Shown: positions 17,583 to 26,106, numbered from the stretch's first letter. The stretch: 50,544 nt of DNA from Spirochaetales bacterium (GCA_016934975.1 JAFGRV010000019.1:1-50544); one strand, 5' to 3'. Numbers and translations are program-made. Notes: a model not told the origin generated them from the sequence alone.

Positions 17583-18716
17583 TTACGGTAAATCACCCAT
17601 CCTTTCCATTGGAGAGACAATTTCCGTTACACGAACTCCGAAGTTTTCATCGATAACAACAACTTCTCCCTTTGCAATAAGCTTGTGATTCACCAGAATA
17701 TCCACAGGCTCACCAGCTAATTTATCCAACTCAATAATCGTACCTTCACCGATTCCAAGAATTTCCTTGATAAGTTTTTTTGTTCTCCCGAGCTCAACGG
17801 TCATTTCCATGTATACGTCCATGAGAAGACCGATGTTTCCCTGTTCCTGGGAAGATATACCGCTCTGAAGATTGGGGAATTGAACAGACTGAACACTCGG
17901 AGAATTCGTTTTCCCTGATGCAAAGGAATTATTCATATTCAACTGATTTCCGCCATTCATACTTCCCCCCCCAAGAGCATCAGGGGGAAAAAGAGAATCT
18001 GCATCACTACTATCAAGACCAAATGCATCCAAATCACTACTCATAGACGATCCTGCTTCGTTTCTGGTAAGGAGAGAACTCAGCTCTTTTGCCAGACCCA
18101 TGGAATATATATCAGTCATGCGGGTGGATTTTCCCTCGATCCCGACCGTATACTCGACGACTAAAAAATTATCACCCACCGGAAATGAGACCCCTGTTTT
18201 CATTATTTTCTGGGCAGTCGGAGGAGATGTGGTGATCGTTGTATTTACTTTATTACCGATAGCAGTCAGTGCCGGACCCATAATATTTGACATTGCTTCA
18301 CCAAGGGTGGAAAATGCCATCTCATTAAGAACAACCCCATCCTGTCCGAGCATCGATCCTGCTATCTTAATCGCAGTCTGCTCGGTAAGGAGAGTGACAT
18401 GTTCTCCTTTCAAGCCTTCGATAAAATCAGTTTTTACTTCAACAAGATCCTTCTGCAGCTCTGTCATGAGTTGATCCCTGGACTTTACATCAACCTCGGG
18501 CTTTCCGATAGTAATTGTCTGACTCGCGAGCATCGAAAGGTTGGAACTCTGAGACTCGGTGACACTGGCAAGAATTTGCTGTATCGCCTGTTTTTCCTGT
18601 TCCGATAACGACTCACCACCCCCTTCATTACCGTTAAAATCCGAGCCAAAATCTATTGAATCTGATCCTTGTAATAGAGCATCTATTTCATCTTGAGAGA
18701 GAGAACCATCACTCAT
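17583..18716 (-). CDS. fliY: Flagellar switch protein FliY (CheC-like N-region plus FliN/SpoA C-domain)
   Basis: N-terminal LSQDEIDALLQG. C-terminal FliN domain VELGRTKKLIKEILGIGEGTIIELDKLAGEPVDILVNHKLIAKGEVVVIDENFGVRVTEIV. At 377 aa it is longer than a plain FliN. Confidence 0.92.
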   Translation of the reverse strand: MSDGSLSQDEIDALLQGSDSIDFGSDFNGNEGGGESLSEQEKQAIQQILASVTESQSSNLSMLASQTITIGKPEVDVKSRDQLMTELQKDLVEVKTDFIEGLKGEHVTLLTEQTAIKIAGSMLGQDGVVLNEMAFSTLGEAMSNIMGPALTAIGNKVNTTITTSPPTAQKIMKTGVSFPVGDNFLVVEYTVGIEGKSTRMTDIYSMGLAKELSSLLTRNEAGSSMSSDLDAFGLDSSDADSLFPPDALGGGSMNGGNQLNMNNSFASGKTNSPSVQSVQFPNLQSGISSQEQGNIGLLMDVYMEMTVELGRTKKLIKEILGIGEGTIIELDKLAGEPVDILVNHKLIAKGEVVVIDENFGVRVTEIVSPMERMGDLP

Positions 18717-18718
18717 CG

Positions 18719-19744
18719 TTATTCCTCCACTTCTGTTGATAATTCTTCAAAATCCTGCCGTTCGGATTGTTCAAGTTTCTGGATTATCTGAATTGCCAGC
18801 TTATTTCCCACCATCCCGGGTCTACAGAGAAATTTCTTTCTCGTTCCGATCCGTAATACCATGGGATCCCCTACCCTCACGCTATATAGACGAATCACAT
18901 CACCGATCCTCAAGGCGAGAACATCCCGGACTTTAAGATTGATACTCCCGATCTCCGCAACGATCGGTACTTCGATTGTTGAAAGCCGGTCTCGTAAGAT
19001 ATTAAGATTCTCCGTCGTTGTCCCGCGCCTTACCGAAGAATACCAGTATTGTGCCGATAGTTTTGAAATAATCGGTTCTATCGTAAGATAGGGTATACAA
19101 AAGTTCATCATTCCTTCTACTTCACCGACTTTGGTCTCCAGGGTAACCAAAACCACCATTTCCGTGGGGGGGACAATCTGTGCAAACTGAGGGTTTGTCT
19201 CTATCTGTCCTAACCGTGGTCTTAAATCGATCACCGTAGACCATGCTTCTCTCATATTCCCTAAAATACGAACGATAATACCTTCCATAACCGCCTGTTC
19301 TATGTCGGTAAGGTCACGGGAAAATTTAGTACCTTCACCATGTCCCCCGAATAATCTGTCTATAATCGAAAAAGTAACGGCCGGATCTATTTCCAGGATC
19401 GCTGATCCTTTGAGGGGATCCATATTAATGACCGCAAGAGTCGTGGGATTGGGGATTGACCGTATAAATTCCTCATAGGTGAGCTGATCTACCGATGCGA
19501 CATGGACATGCACAAGGCTTCTCAACTGGGCGGAAAGGGATGTCGTTGTAAGGCGTGCAAAGGTTTCATGCATAATAGAAACTGTGCGAATCTGGTCTTT
19601 TGAGAATTTATCAGGGCGTTTGAAATCGTAAATTTTGATTTTTTTCTGGTCGGTTGCCTGCTGAATCTCCGCAGTTTCAACTTCCCCGGATGAAATCGCC
19701 GTTAAGAGTTGATCTATTTCATCCTGTGATAAAACCTCTGTCAT
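18719..19744 (-). CDS. fliM: Flagellar switch protein FliM
   Basis: N-terminal CheY-P binding motif LSQDEIDQLL, 341 aa, position between fliL and fliY. Confidence 0.95.
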   Translation of the reverse strand: MTEVLSQDEIDQLLTAISSGEVETAEIQQATDQKKIKIYDFKRPDKFSKDQIRTVSIMHETFARLTTTSLSAQLRSLVHVHVASVDQLTYEEFIRSIPNPTTLAVINMDPLKGSAILEIDPAVTFSIIDRLFGGHGEGTKFSRDLTDIEQAVMEGIIVRILGNMREAWSTVIDLRPRLGQIETNPQFAQIVPPTEMVVLVTLETKVGEVEGMMNFCIPYLTIEPIISKLSAQYWYSSVRRGTTTENLNILRDRLSTIEVPIVAEIGSINLKVRDVLALRIGDVIRLYSVRVGDPMVLRIGTRKKFLCRPGMVGNKLAIQIIQKLEQSERQDFEELSTEVEE

Positions 19745-19794
19745 TATACAGCCTTCCTTTTAGTGGCATAAAAAAACCACCGCCGGTTAAAACA

Positions 19795-20337
19795 CTAGAA
19801 TACCTGGAGTTCTTTAAAAAGAACCAGGTCTATTTTTTCAATCATTATTTTATTGATTCTATTTTTAATCTGTTCCTGAAGCTCCTCTGCCTTTACAGGC
19901 ATCAGTTCCTCTCCTTTTTTCTGGCCCAAAAAAAGGAATATTATGTTTTCGATACTATCTTTTCGCGCAATAAGTTCTGTCTGAACTTTAGTTCTCCCTT
20001 TTTTATATCCGATCGTAATAAGGGCGGAAAATGTTTTGGGAGGATCATCCGACGTAAGGCCTCTAATAGGAGTCAGACTATTAAAATACTGATATTCCGT
20101 ATAGGGATCTATATACTCCGGTGATGTTGAATAGGGACTATCCGGGATTCTCCCCCCCATTAACAACCGGTATGTGATAATAGATACTGTTACAACCAAA
20201 ATGACGATTGCCACGAAGATAATGACATATTTCAATGCCTGCTTAAGGAAGTCTTTAAAAAAACCCTCCCTTTTGCCGGTATCTAAATCGTCACCACCTT
20301 CCTGCTCCTCATCTATATATTGTTCCTCATCTCCCAT
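19795..20337 (-). CDS. fliL: Flagellar basal-body-associated protein FliL
   Basis: Single TM segment (YVIIFVAIVILVVTVSIITY), FliL-like C-domain, position after motB. GGAGTG SD. Confidence 0.85.
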   Translation of the reverse strand: MGDEEQYIDEEQEGGDDLDTGKREGFFKDFLKQALKYVIIFVAIVILVVTVSIITYRLLMGGRIPDSPYSTSPEYIDPYTEYQYFNSLTPIRGLTSDDPPKTFSALITIGYKKGRTKVQTELIARKDSIENIIFLFLGQKKGEELMPVKAEELQEQIKNRINKIMIEKIDLVLFKELQVF

Positions 20338-20433
20338 ATGACACTCCGATTTCTTCCTTAAATATTAATTTATCAGATATTTTTTAATTGTTCAAACCCT
20401 TATAGCAAGTAATTTCAAGGATATCCTTACATT

Positions 20434-20517
20434 ACGCAGGCTACGCCCGCAACCCAAATAATCAATTTATTACAAGTTTACCGTTATGAAAATTTTTGAT
20501 TTCATGTAAACCTGCGT
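20434..20517. repeat. Copy B (inverted) of the ~82-nt dispersed repeat (motB-fliL spacer)
   Basis: Reverse complement aligns gaplessly to 11510-11591 (68/82). Ends are a 7-nt terminal inverted repeat, ACGCAGG...CCTGCGT. The interior can fold as GTTTAC-ATGAAA...TTTCAT-...GTAAAC. Confidence 0.8.
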
Positions 20518-20520
20518 TTT

Positions 20521-20596
20521 GCTATTATTCCACATTTTTTGTTCAAAAAAAGTGGCACATATTCTTGTTAAAAACAAGAATATGTGGAATAATAGC
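20521..20596 (-). other. Nested palindrome / terminator-like stem-loop in the motB-fliL spacer
   Basis: Perfect 14-bp stem: CACATATTCTTGTT (20556-20569) with AACAAGAATATGTG (20573-20586), 3-nt loop. On the minus strand it is followed by CCAC plus U7. An outer perfect 15-nt inverted repeat, 20521-20535 with 20582-20596, shares the ATGTG bases with the inner stem. Confidence 0.6.
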
Positions 20597-20655
20597 ATAT
20601 TTCATCACTATCTCAATGTAAACAATTAATATATCTTCCAGCAATACATTCCTTA

Positions 20656-21387
20656 TTATAAATGCCCTTCGGTAAGAATCACAATATCGACTCTTCTATT
20701 TGCAGCTCTTCCTTCGGGTGTGCTGTTTTCAAATAAAGGGACTGTATCGGCGAATCCTGCAACCTGAAATTGATTTTCATTCACACCGAACTCAACAAGA
20801 TAATGAAGCACATTTGTCGAGCGGGCCGCCGAAAGTTCCCAGTTTGTGGCATATTCCCCCAGGGGATCCGTCGGCCAGGAATCGGTATGCCCCTCTATTC
20901 TAAATTTCGAGTTCTTTAATTCCGGTGCTTTAAGAAGTTTCGCCACATTCTTTAAGACTTCACGGGTCTCTTCGATATCAACATCCGCGCTTCCTTCCCT
21001 GAAATATGCGTCCGAGGCCAGGGAGATAATGAGTCCCCGCTCATCTTCCTTGACCCGTATTTTGTTTGTTTTTGCTTCAAGCTGAAAAAGAGATTTTGCA
21101 CGTTTAAGGGCCTTGTCCAGGGCCCTGCCCTTTTCCATCGAGGGAAGGGATTCAATGGTATTTCCCAGTTCCGCAAGTTTTCCTTCCGAGAGGGTGTTGC
21201 CACCCCGAAGAACCCCGAGACCCTGGAAAGCGGCCAGGATCATCCGCATCTCGGATCCATCGATGGTCGCCATGGTAAACATGAAAATAAAAAACGTAAG
21301 AAGAAGGGTTGTCATATCTCCATAGGTTAAAAGCCAATCCGGAGATCCTTCTTCTACTTTTTTCTTTCTGCGTTTTACAGCCGGCAT
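20656..21387 (-). CDS. motB: Flagellar stator protein MotB
   Basis: N-terminal plug/TM region with a conserved Asp (WLLTYGDMTTLLLTFF). OmpA-like C-domain (IEGHTDSWP...NWELSAARSTNV...NRRVDIVI). Confidence 0.95.
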   Translation of the reverse strand: MPAVKRRKKKVEEGSPDWLLTYGDMTTLLLTFFIFMFTMATIDGSEMRMILAAFQGLGVLRGGNTLSEGKLAELGNTIESLPSMEKGRALDKALKRAKSLFQLEAKTNKIRVKEDERGLIISLASDAYFREGSADVDIEETREVLKNVAKLLKAPELKNSKFRIEGHTDSWPTDPLGEYATNWELSAARSTNVLHYLVEFGVNENQFQVAGFADTVPLFENSTPEGRAANRRVDIVILTEGHL

Positions 21388-21405
21388 ACTATTTCTATTC
21401 CTTTC

Positions 21406-22194
21406 CTATTCCCTCATGGATTCCTGCTGGATCGCCTCTCTCTTATCCGTGGGAAGATATGAAAGGAGTTTTTCCTCCAGGATTCGCGGATTATCACCTG
21501 ATTGTATTGATAAAATACCCTCTATCATAATTTCCTTAATAAGTGATTCTTCTTTATCTTTATCTTCCAGCTTATTTTTAATCGGTATAAAGAGAATATT
21601 TGCTAAAAATGCACCATATAATGTGGTAACTAAAGCGATGGACATACCGCTCCCGATGGCCGACCTGTCTTCGATTTTCGTAAGCATGGCGATAAGCCCG
21701 ATAAGGGTTCCGATCATTCCGAAAGCCGGGGCAAGCTTTCCCCAGGTATCAAAAAGCTTAATTCCATCGTCGTGTCTGTCCCGAATTTTATTAAGCTCGG
21801 TATTTAACACATTCTTGATAATGTCCGGGTCTGTCCCATCAACAACGAGCTGAATACCTTTCCGGAGAAAATCATCATCCACACTCTCAAGATCATCTTC
21901 AAGGGCAAGAATCCCGTCCCGGCGTGCTTTTTCCGAAAAGGAGACAAGGTTCTGAATGAGTTTTAGCTCCCCGTGTTCCTGCTTACGGAAAATAATAGCG
22001 AAAAACTTAAGCATATCCAGAACACGGGACATGGGATTCGCGATCATTATTGCACCAAAGGAACCGCCGACGGTAATAAGGAAGGAAGATAAACTCACAT
22101 AGATGATAGGAGATGTTCCGCCCCCTGCCATACCGATAATAACAGCAATAACACCTAATATTAAACCAATAATTGTTGCCAGATCAATTCCCAT
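21406..22194 (-). CDS. motA: Flagellar stator protein MotA
   Basis: 262 aa, four-TM MotA/TolQ/ExbB family (APAFGMIGTLIGLI, LVTTLYGAFLANILFIP). Confidence 0.95.
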   Translation of the reverse strand: MGIDLATIIGLILGVIAVIIGMAGGGTSPIIYVSLSSFLITVGGSFGAIMIANPMSRVLDMLKFFAIIFRKQEHGELKLIQNLVSFSEKARRDGILALEDDLESVDDDFLRKGIQLVVDGTDPDIIKNVLNTELNKIRDRHDDGIKLFDTWGKLAPAFGMIGTLIGLIAMLTKIEDRSAIGSGMSIALVTTLYGAFLANILFIPIKNKLEDKDKEESLIKEIMIEGILSIQSGDNPRILEEKLLSYLPTDKREAIQQESMRE

Positions 22195-22305
22195 TATTAT
22201 TACTCCCTATTCCTTACCGTAAGGAACTTATTCTTTATTCCGGTCACTGTATGCTCATTCCGAAGAGCACCTCTTAATGCCAATTTTTTCTTTATTCCCT
22301 TCATT

Positions 22306-22503
22306 TCATGTTTCATTCTTGAAGGCACCTATCAATTTTCTGTACTGTACGATTCTTTTAAATATGGTGGGATAATCTTCACGGATAACGAGGCGTTTCC
22401 CGGACAACATAATGAGTGTGGTATCCGGATTATTCTCTATGTATTCAATTTGATGAGGATTTACATAAAATGTTGTTTTATCTAATTTTGTCACTTCTAT
22501 CAT
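22306..22503 (-). CDS. flbD: FlbD (small flagellar protein, SwrD family)
   Basis: MIEVTKLDKTTFYVNPHQIEYIENNPDTTLIMLSGKRLVIRE is the typical FlbD sequence. Position immediately upstream of motA. Confidence 0.9.
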   Translation of the reverse strand: MIEVTKLDKTTFYVNPHQIEYIENNPDTTLIMLSGKRLVIREDYPTIFKRIVQYRKLIGAFKNET

Positions 22504-22552
22504 AAAATCAATTTACCACTCTTATTTGCAAGAACCTGTCTTCACATATGAA

Positions 22553-22621
22553 GCGTACTCTCGCCAAGCGAGTACTTTCGCCAAGCGAGTACCCTCGCCA
22601 AGGCGAGTACTCTCGCCAACC
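22553..22621. repeat. Tandem repeat, 4 units of 17-18 nt (consensus GAGTACTYTCGCCAAGC)
   Basis: Units at 22553-22569, 22570-22586, 22587-22604 and 22605-22621. On the transcribed (minus) strand, adjacent units form GC-rich tetraloop hairpins, e.g. GGCGAG-AGUA-CUCGCC, separated by UU. Confidence 0.85.
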
Positions 22622-22693
22622 GACTGCAAAAAGTCTACAATTATTATAGGATTTTTGCAATTGGCACATGAAGGCTGATATGAACATAAATGA

Positions 22694-22737
22694 GTTTTCC
22701 ACCTCCCTGCATTTTGCTCTACATTGAGGTGGAAAAC
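22694..22737. other. 12-bp perfect inverted repeat (stem-loop) in the flgE-flbD spacer
   Basis: GTTTTCCACCTC (22694-22705) pairs with GAGGTGGAAAAC (22726-22737); 20-nt loop. Confidence 0.7.
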
Positions 22738-22831
22738 ATTAAACCTTCATTATAATAAAAGTGCACACCTTAGTACTTACCGAAGCAGACGCTAAGGTGC
22801 ACACACCATTGTCTTATACTCCTCCTGTTTA

Positions 22832-22893
22832 GAGTTTGTCATTTCCTTTTTTTAATTAAGTACTCTTAATTAAAAAAAGGAAATGACAAACTC
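22832..22893. other. Perfect 29-bp stem, 4-nt loop hairpin starting 45 nt downstream of the flgE stop
   Basis: GAGTTTGTCATTTCCTTTTTTTAATTAAG (22832-22860), loop TACT, then the exact reverse complement (22865-22893). No flanking U-tract on either strand. Confidence 0.85.
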
Positions 22894-22938
22894 ACTATTA
22901 CTGGAAATACAGACAATTTATAAAATAGTCTGTATATA

Positions 22939-24333
22939 CTATCGCTTGAGTGTTAACAACTCCTGGAGCATTTGATCGGATGTTGTTATTGTACGGGAGT
23001 TTGCCTGGAATCCACGTTGGGTGACAATCATATCGGTAAATTGTTCTGCCAGATCAACATTACTCATTTCCAAAGCCCCGGCGATTATCCGTCCTCTTCC
23101 TTCCACCCCGGATGTGCCTGTCCGCGCTTCACCGGAATTATTCGAGACAACATAGTCATTCTCACCCGCTTTCTCGAGTCCACCGGGATTAGTAAAATGA
23201 GCAAGAGCTATCTGCCCGAGGGTTCTGTTGGTACCATTTGAATACACCCCGGTAATGACACCCTGCTGATCTATTTTAAATGTCTCCAGATATCCCATGG
23301 AATGGCCATTCTGCTCAATTATCTTTGTGGAAAATAAATCCCCGAATTGAGTGACCGCATTTCTGTACGACCCTATTTCGCCAAGATTCAGATTAAAGGT
23401 CTGTCTGTATACCCCGCCTTCTGCTGTCTGGTCTGCTTCCGATACATCAAATGCAACTGTAGCGATGGCGGGAATGTTATCACCGATAACCTCGCCTCCC
23501 GCGGCATCTAAAATTGACTGCAAAGCCCCTTCATTATCAAAATCAAGAAAAAATATGTTGGAAGCATTCCCTGATCCGGGGATTTCAGCGATTGTATTTG
23601 TCGGGGGGTCTGCTCCCGGATCCACCTCAACAACAACCTGCCATCTGTTTGCTATATCCTCTACCCGGGAAAAGGTAACCTGAAGCATGTGGGGGCGTCC
23701 GAAGGAATCATAGATATCAAAACTTGTTACCCAGGTCCGTTGATTTAATTCAGCTTCCGTCGGGTTTGCCCCTAAGGGCTCCACCCGCTTATCAAGGTTA
23801 CTGGCGAATTTAACTTCCGTTGTTGCAAATGCCGGGTCTTTACTCCCTACGGGAATAACCATATCTTCCAGGGCAGCTGATGTGTTAAGAACCGTCTCTC
23901 CCCCGACTGTCCTGGCATTCCATCCCTGTACTTTCTGTCCATTTGCGGGATTTACTAAGAAGCCTTGCTGATCCAGGGTAAAAGCCCCGTTTCTTGTGTA
24001 AAAACTCTTATCCCCATCTTTCAAAATAAAAAATCCATTCCCCTGAAGCGCCAGGTCTGTCATGACCCCGGTGGTCTGTAGAGACCCCTGGGTATGAATC
24101 GTATCAATTGATGCGATCACCATGCCGAGGCCGACTTGTTTCGGATTCACACCCCCGATTTCATTCGTCGGCTGTGCCGCCCCCGACATCGTCTGGGAAA
24201 GCATATCCTGAAAATTAACACGGCCTTTTTTAAATCCTGTCGTGTTTACATTGGAAATATTATTACCAAGGACATCCATTCTTACCTGGTGATTTTGAAG
24301 TCCTGAAACTCCTGCATACAGTGATCTCAACAT
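22939..24333 (-). CDS. flgE: Flagellar hook protein FlgE
   Basis: N-terminal MLRSLYAGVSGLQNHQVRMDVLGNNISNVNTTGFK and C-terminal VDLAEQFTDMIVTQRGFQANSR rod/hook motifs. 464 aa. GGGAG SD. Confidence 0.96.
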   Translation of the reverse strand: MLRSLYAGVSGLQNHQVRMDVLGNNISNVNTTGFKKGRVNFQDMLSQTMSGAAQPTNEIGGVNPKQVGLGMVIASIDTIHTQGSLQTTGVMTDLALQGNGFFILKDGDKSFYTRNGAFTLDQQGFLVNPANGQKVQGWNARTVGGETVLNTSAALEDMVIPVGSKDPAFATTEVKFASNLDKRVEPLGANPTEAELNQRTWVTSFDIYDSFGRPHMLQVTFSRVEDIANRWQVVVEVDPGADPPTNTIAEIPGSGNASNIFFLDFDNEGALQSILDAAGGEVIGDNIPAIATVAFDVSEADQTAEGGVYRQTFNLNLGEIGSYRNAVTQFGDLFSTKIIEQNGHSMGYLETFKIDQQGVITGVYSNGTNRTLGQIALAHFTNPGGLEKAGENDYVVSNNSGEARTGTSGVEGRGRIIAGALEMSNVDLAEQFTDMIVTQRGFQANSRTITTSDQMLQELLTLKR

Positions 24334-24335
24334 AA

Positions 24336-24812
24336 TTACGCTCCCTCTGAACTGATACTTACTACTGCCTGATAGTCAAAATACTGACCATTTACAAATA
24401 TCTGTTGAGTATCCCCTCCCGAAACTTTCTCAACTTTTCCTTTAATAATGTCACCGCCGGACACAATTTCCACCACCTTCCCAAGCAAGGAAATCGCGTT
24501 ATTACCCTCGATAAGATGTGATAAATTTTCAAGTCCGGTTCCCAGCTTTCCAAACCCTTCGCTCATATTATTAATCTGTTCCAGTGTGGAAAACTGGGCC
24601 ATCTGGGAAATGAACTCTTTATCTTCCATCGGCTTCATGGGATCCTGATTCGCAAGCTGTGTAATAAGAAGTTTTAGAAAGGCATCCTTATCCATCTCAT
24701 TTTTATTCACTTTGCCCTGTGAAATCTGCTTATTTACTGCATCTGTGAGGATTTGAGTCTTGTGCATGTCTTCTTTTGACATTATCATATTCGGAATCCC
24801 AATCCCATCCAT
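24336..24812 (-). CDS. flgD: Hook capping/assembly protein FlgD
   Basis: MDKDAFLKLLITQLANQDPMKPM motif. GGAGG SD. Position upstream of flgE. Confidence 0.93.
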   Translation of the reverse strand: MDGIGIPNMIMSKEDMHKTQILTDAVNKQISQGKVNKNEMDKDAFLKLLITQLANQDPMKPMEDKEFISQMAQFSTLEQINNMSEGFGKLGTGLENLSHLIEGNNAISLLGKVVEIVSGGDIIKGKVEKVSGGDTQQIFVNGQYFDYQAVVSISSEGA

Positions 24813-24891
24813 CTACGGCCTCCTTCTTATTCTATCACCTGTTCCGTGCTTCATCCGAAGCAGCGGACTTATTCACCAATTTTCAATTGGG

Positions 24892-26106
24892 TCAGACAAC
24901 AAGATTAACCCTGGCAAACTGAATTCCAGGATCAAACAATACATCAACATTCTTATCAAACTCTTCTACTGCTTCCGCATACGGAATATAATCATCCGGT
25001 TTTCCTTGTTGGTTTTGCGGATTGCCGTCTCCAACGGAAACATGCAGGGAAACCGAATCATACCCCTCCTGCTTCAAAGCAGTATTCAAATTCTGCAGGG
25101 ATGTTTCAACGATCCCTTTTATACTATTATTTTCGACAAATATTTTACCATCTATATGATTATTCTGTAAAAGTACACGCATTCTTATGCGCCCGAGAGA
25201 TTCCGGCTTCAAATCGATCCTTATTTCACCTGCGCCGCCTTGTTTTATAATTATTTTCGTGTGTTTTACCATCTCGGACTCAAGAGAGGCTTTTAATTTT
25301 TGTACCATTTCCTGATCAAGTCCGGCAGGTGCCTTGTTTATTACTCCCGGAGTTGTTTCCTGCTGCCGGATAGTACCATCTCCCTGAGAAGATACATAGA
25401 ATACGTGCTGGGAAGACTGCTGGGAAGACCCCTCCGATTTTTGCAGCATAGCTTTACTTGCCTGATCACTGTTTCCCGTGGCCTTTGATTGATCTGTGAC
25501 CTTTGATTCTTTCTGAGTATTTTTAATATCTTTTCTTAAATCGATGACCACAAGCTTCGGCAAAGAATCCGGCTTCTGTAAGTCCGGCAGCTTTACATTC
25601 TTTTCATTTATCAACCCAAGAACTGCTTTAAATGGAGGATCCTGATTCTTCGTATCAGCTTTATTCTTATCCGGTGAAGCGATAAGAGCTTGTAAGGCAT
25701 TAATAAGGCCCTCATCAATCTCGTTTTTTTTCTCAAGTTTCTTTAATAATGCGGAAAGAAGATCTCCTTTTTCTTTGTCTGAAAATTGAGTGTGTTCAAG
25801 GAGATTTTTTACAAAAGCAAATAATTTTTTCTTTACGGGTCCCTTAACTTTACCTGCAATTTTTTTTACAACATCGGATATAAAACGAAGAAGCTTATGT
25901 TCACTTATTTTTTCTTGTGATGTTTGCTTTATGTCACTCTCCGACTCCCTGGCTTTCTCAACTTCCCGGGCAAAAGAGTCCTTTTTATTTTTGTCTTCTA
26001 TGTCTTCTTTCCGGAATTCTGTTTTCTTTTCAGATTTTACTTCTTTTGATGTTGTCTGTGCTCCGGGGTTCTGTATAGCTGTAAAAACCGGTATGGCTTG
26101 GGCCAC
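24892..26106 (-). CDS. fliK: Hook-length control protein FliK (Treponema Tap1 / Borrelia FlbC position)
   Basis: Low-complexity K/E/Q-rich N-region. C-terminal Flg_hook-like domain (GEIRIDLKPESLGRIRMRVLLQNNHIDGKIFVENNSIKGIVE). GTG start with GGAG. Confidence 0.85.
   Translation of the reverse strand: MAQAIPVFTAIQNPGAQTTSKEVKSEKKTEFRKEDIEDKNKKDSFAREVEKARESESDIKQTSQEKISEHKLLRFISDVVKKIAGKVKGPVKKKLFAFVKNLLEHTQFSDKEKGDLLSALLKKLEKKNEIDEGLINALQALIASPDKNKADTKNQDPPFKAVLGLINEKNVKLPDLQKPDSLPKLVVIDLRKDIKNTQKESKVTDQSKATGNSDQASKAMLQKSEGSSQQSSQHVFYVSSQGDGTIRQQETTPGVINKAPAGLDQEMVQKLKASLESEMVKHTKIIIKQGGAGEIRIDLKPESLGRIRMRVLLQNNHIDGKIFVENNSIKGIVETSLQNLNTALKQEGYDSVSLHVSVGDGNPQNQQGKPDDYIPYAEAVEEFDKNVDVLFDPGIQFARVNLVV

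Noticed and set aside
22553-22621. Possible CRISPR array
   Set aside because: The units are only 17-18 nt and directly abut one another with no spacers. No cas genes are in the window.
22508-22702. 64-aa ORF (minus strand) in the flgE-flbD spacer
   Set aside because: It reads straight through the 17-nt tandem repeat array, giving a repetitive W/R/G-rich product. It has no convincing SD. It is best explained as a by-product of the repeats.
22809-22826. Mini-ORF MVCAP* behind an AGGAGG on the minus strand, just after the big hairpin
   Set aside because: It is only five codons, the SD spacing is about 9 nt, and there is no supporting context. It is likely coincidental.
22832-22893. The 29-bp hairpin as a classical rho-independent terminator
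   Set aside because: There is no U-tract after the stem on either strand. It is kept as a structural, processing or stability candidate instead.
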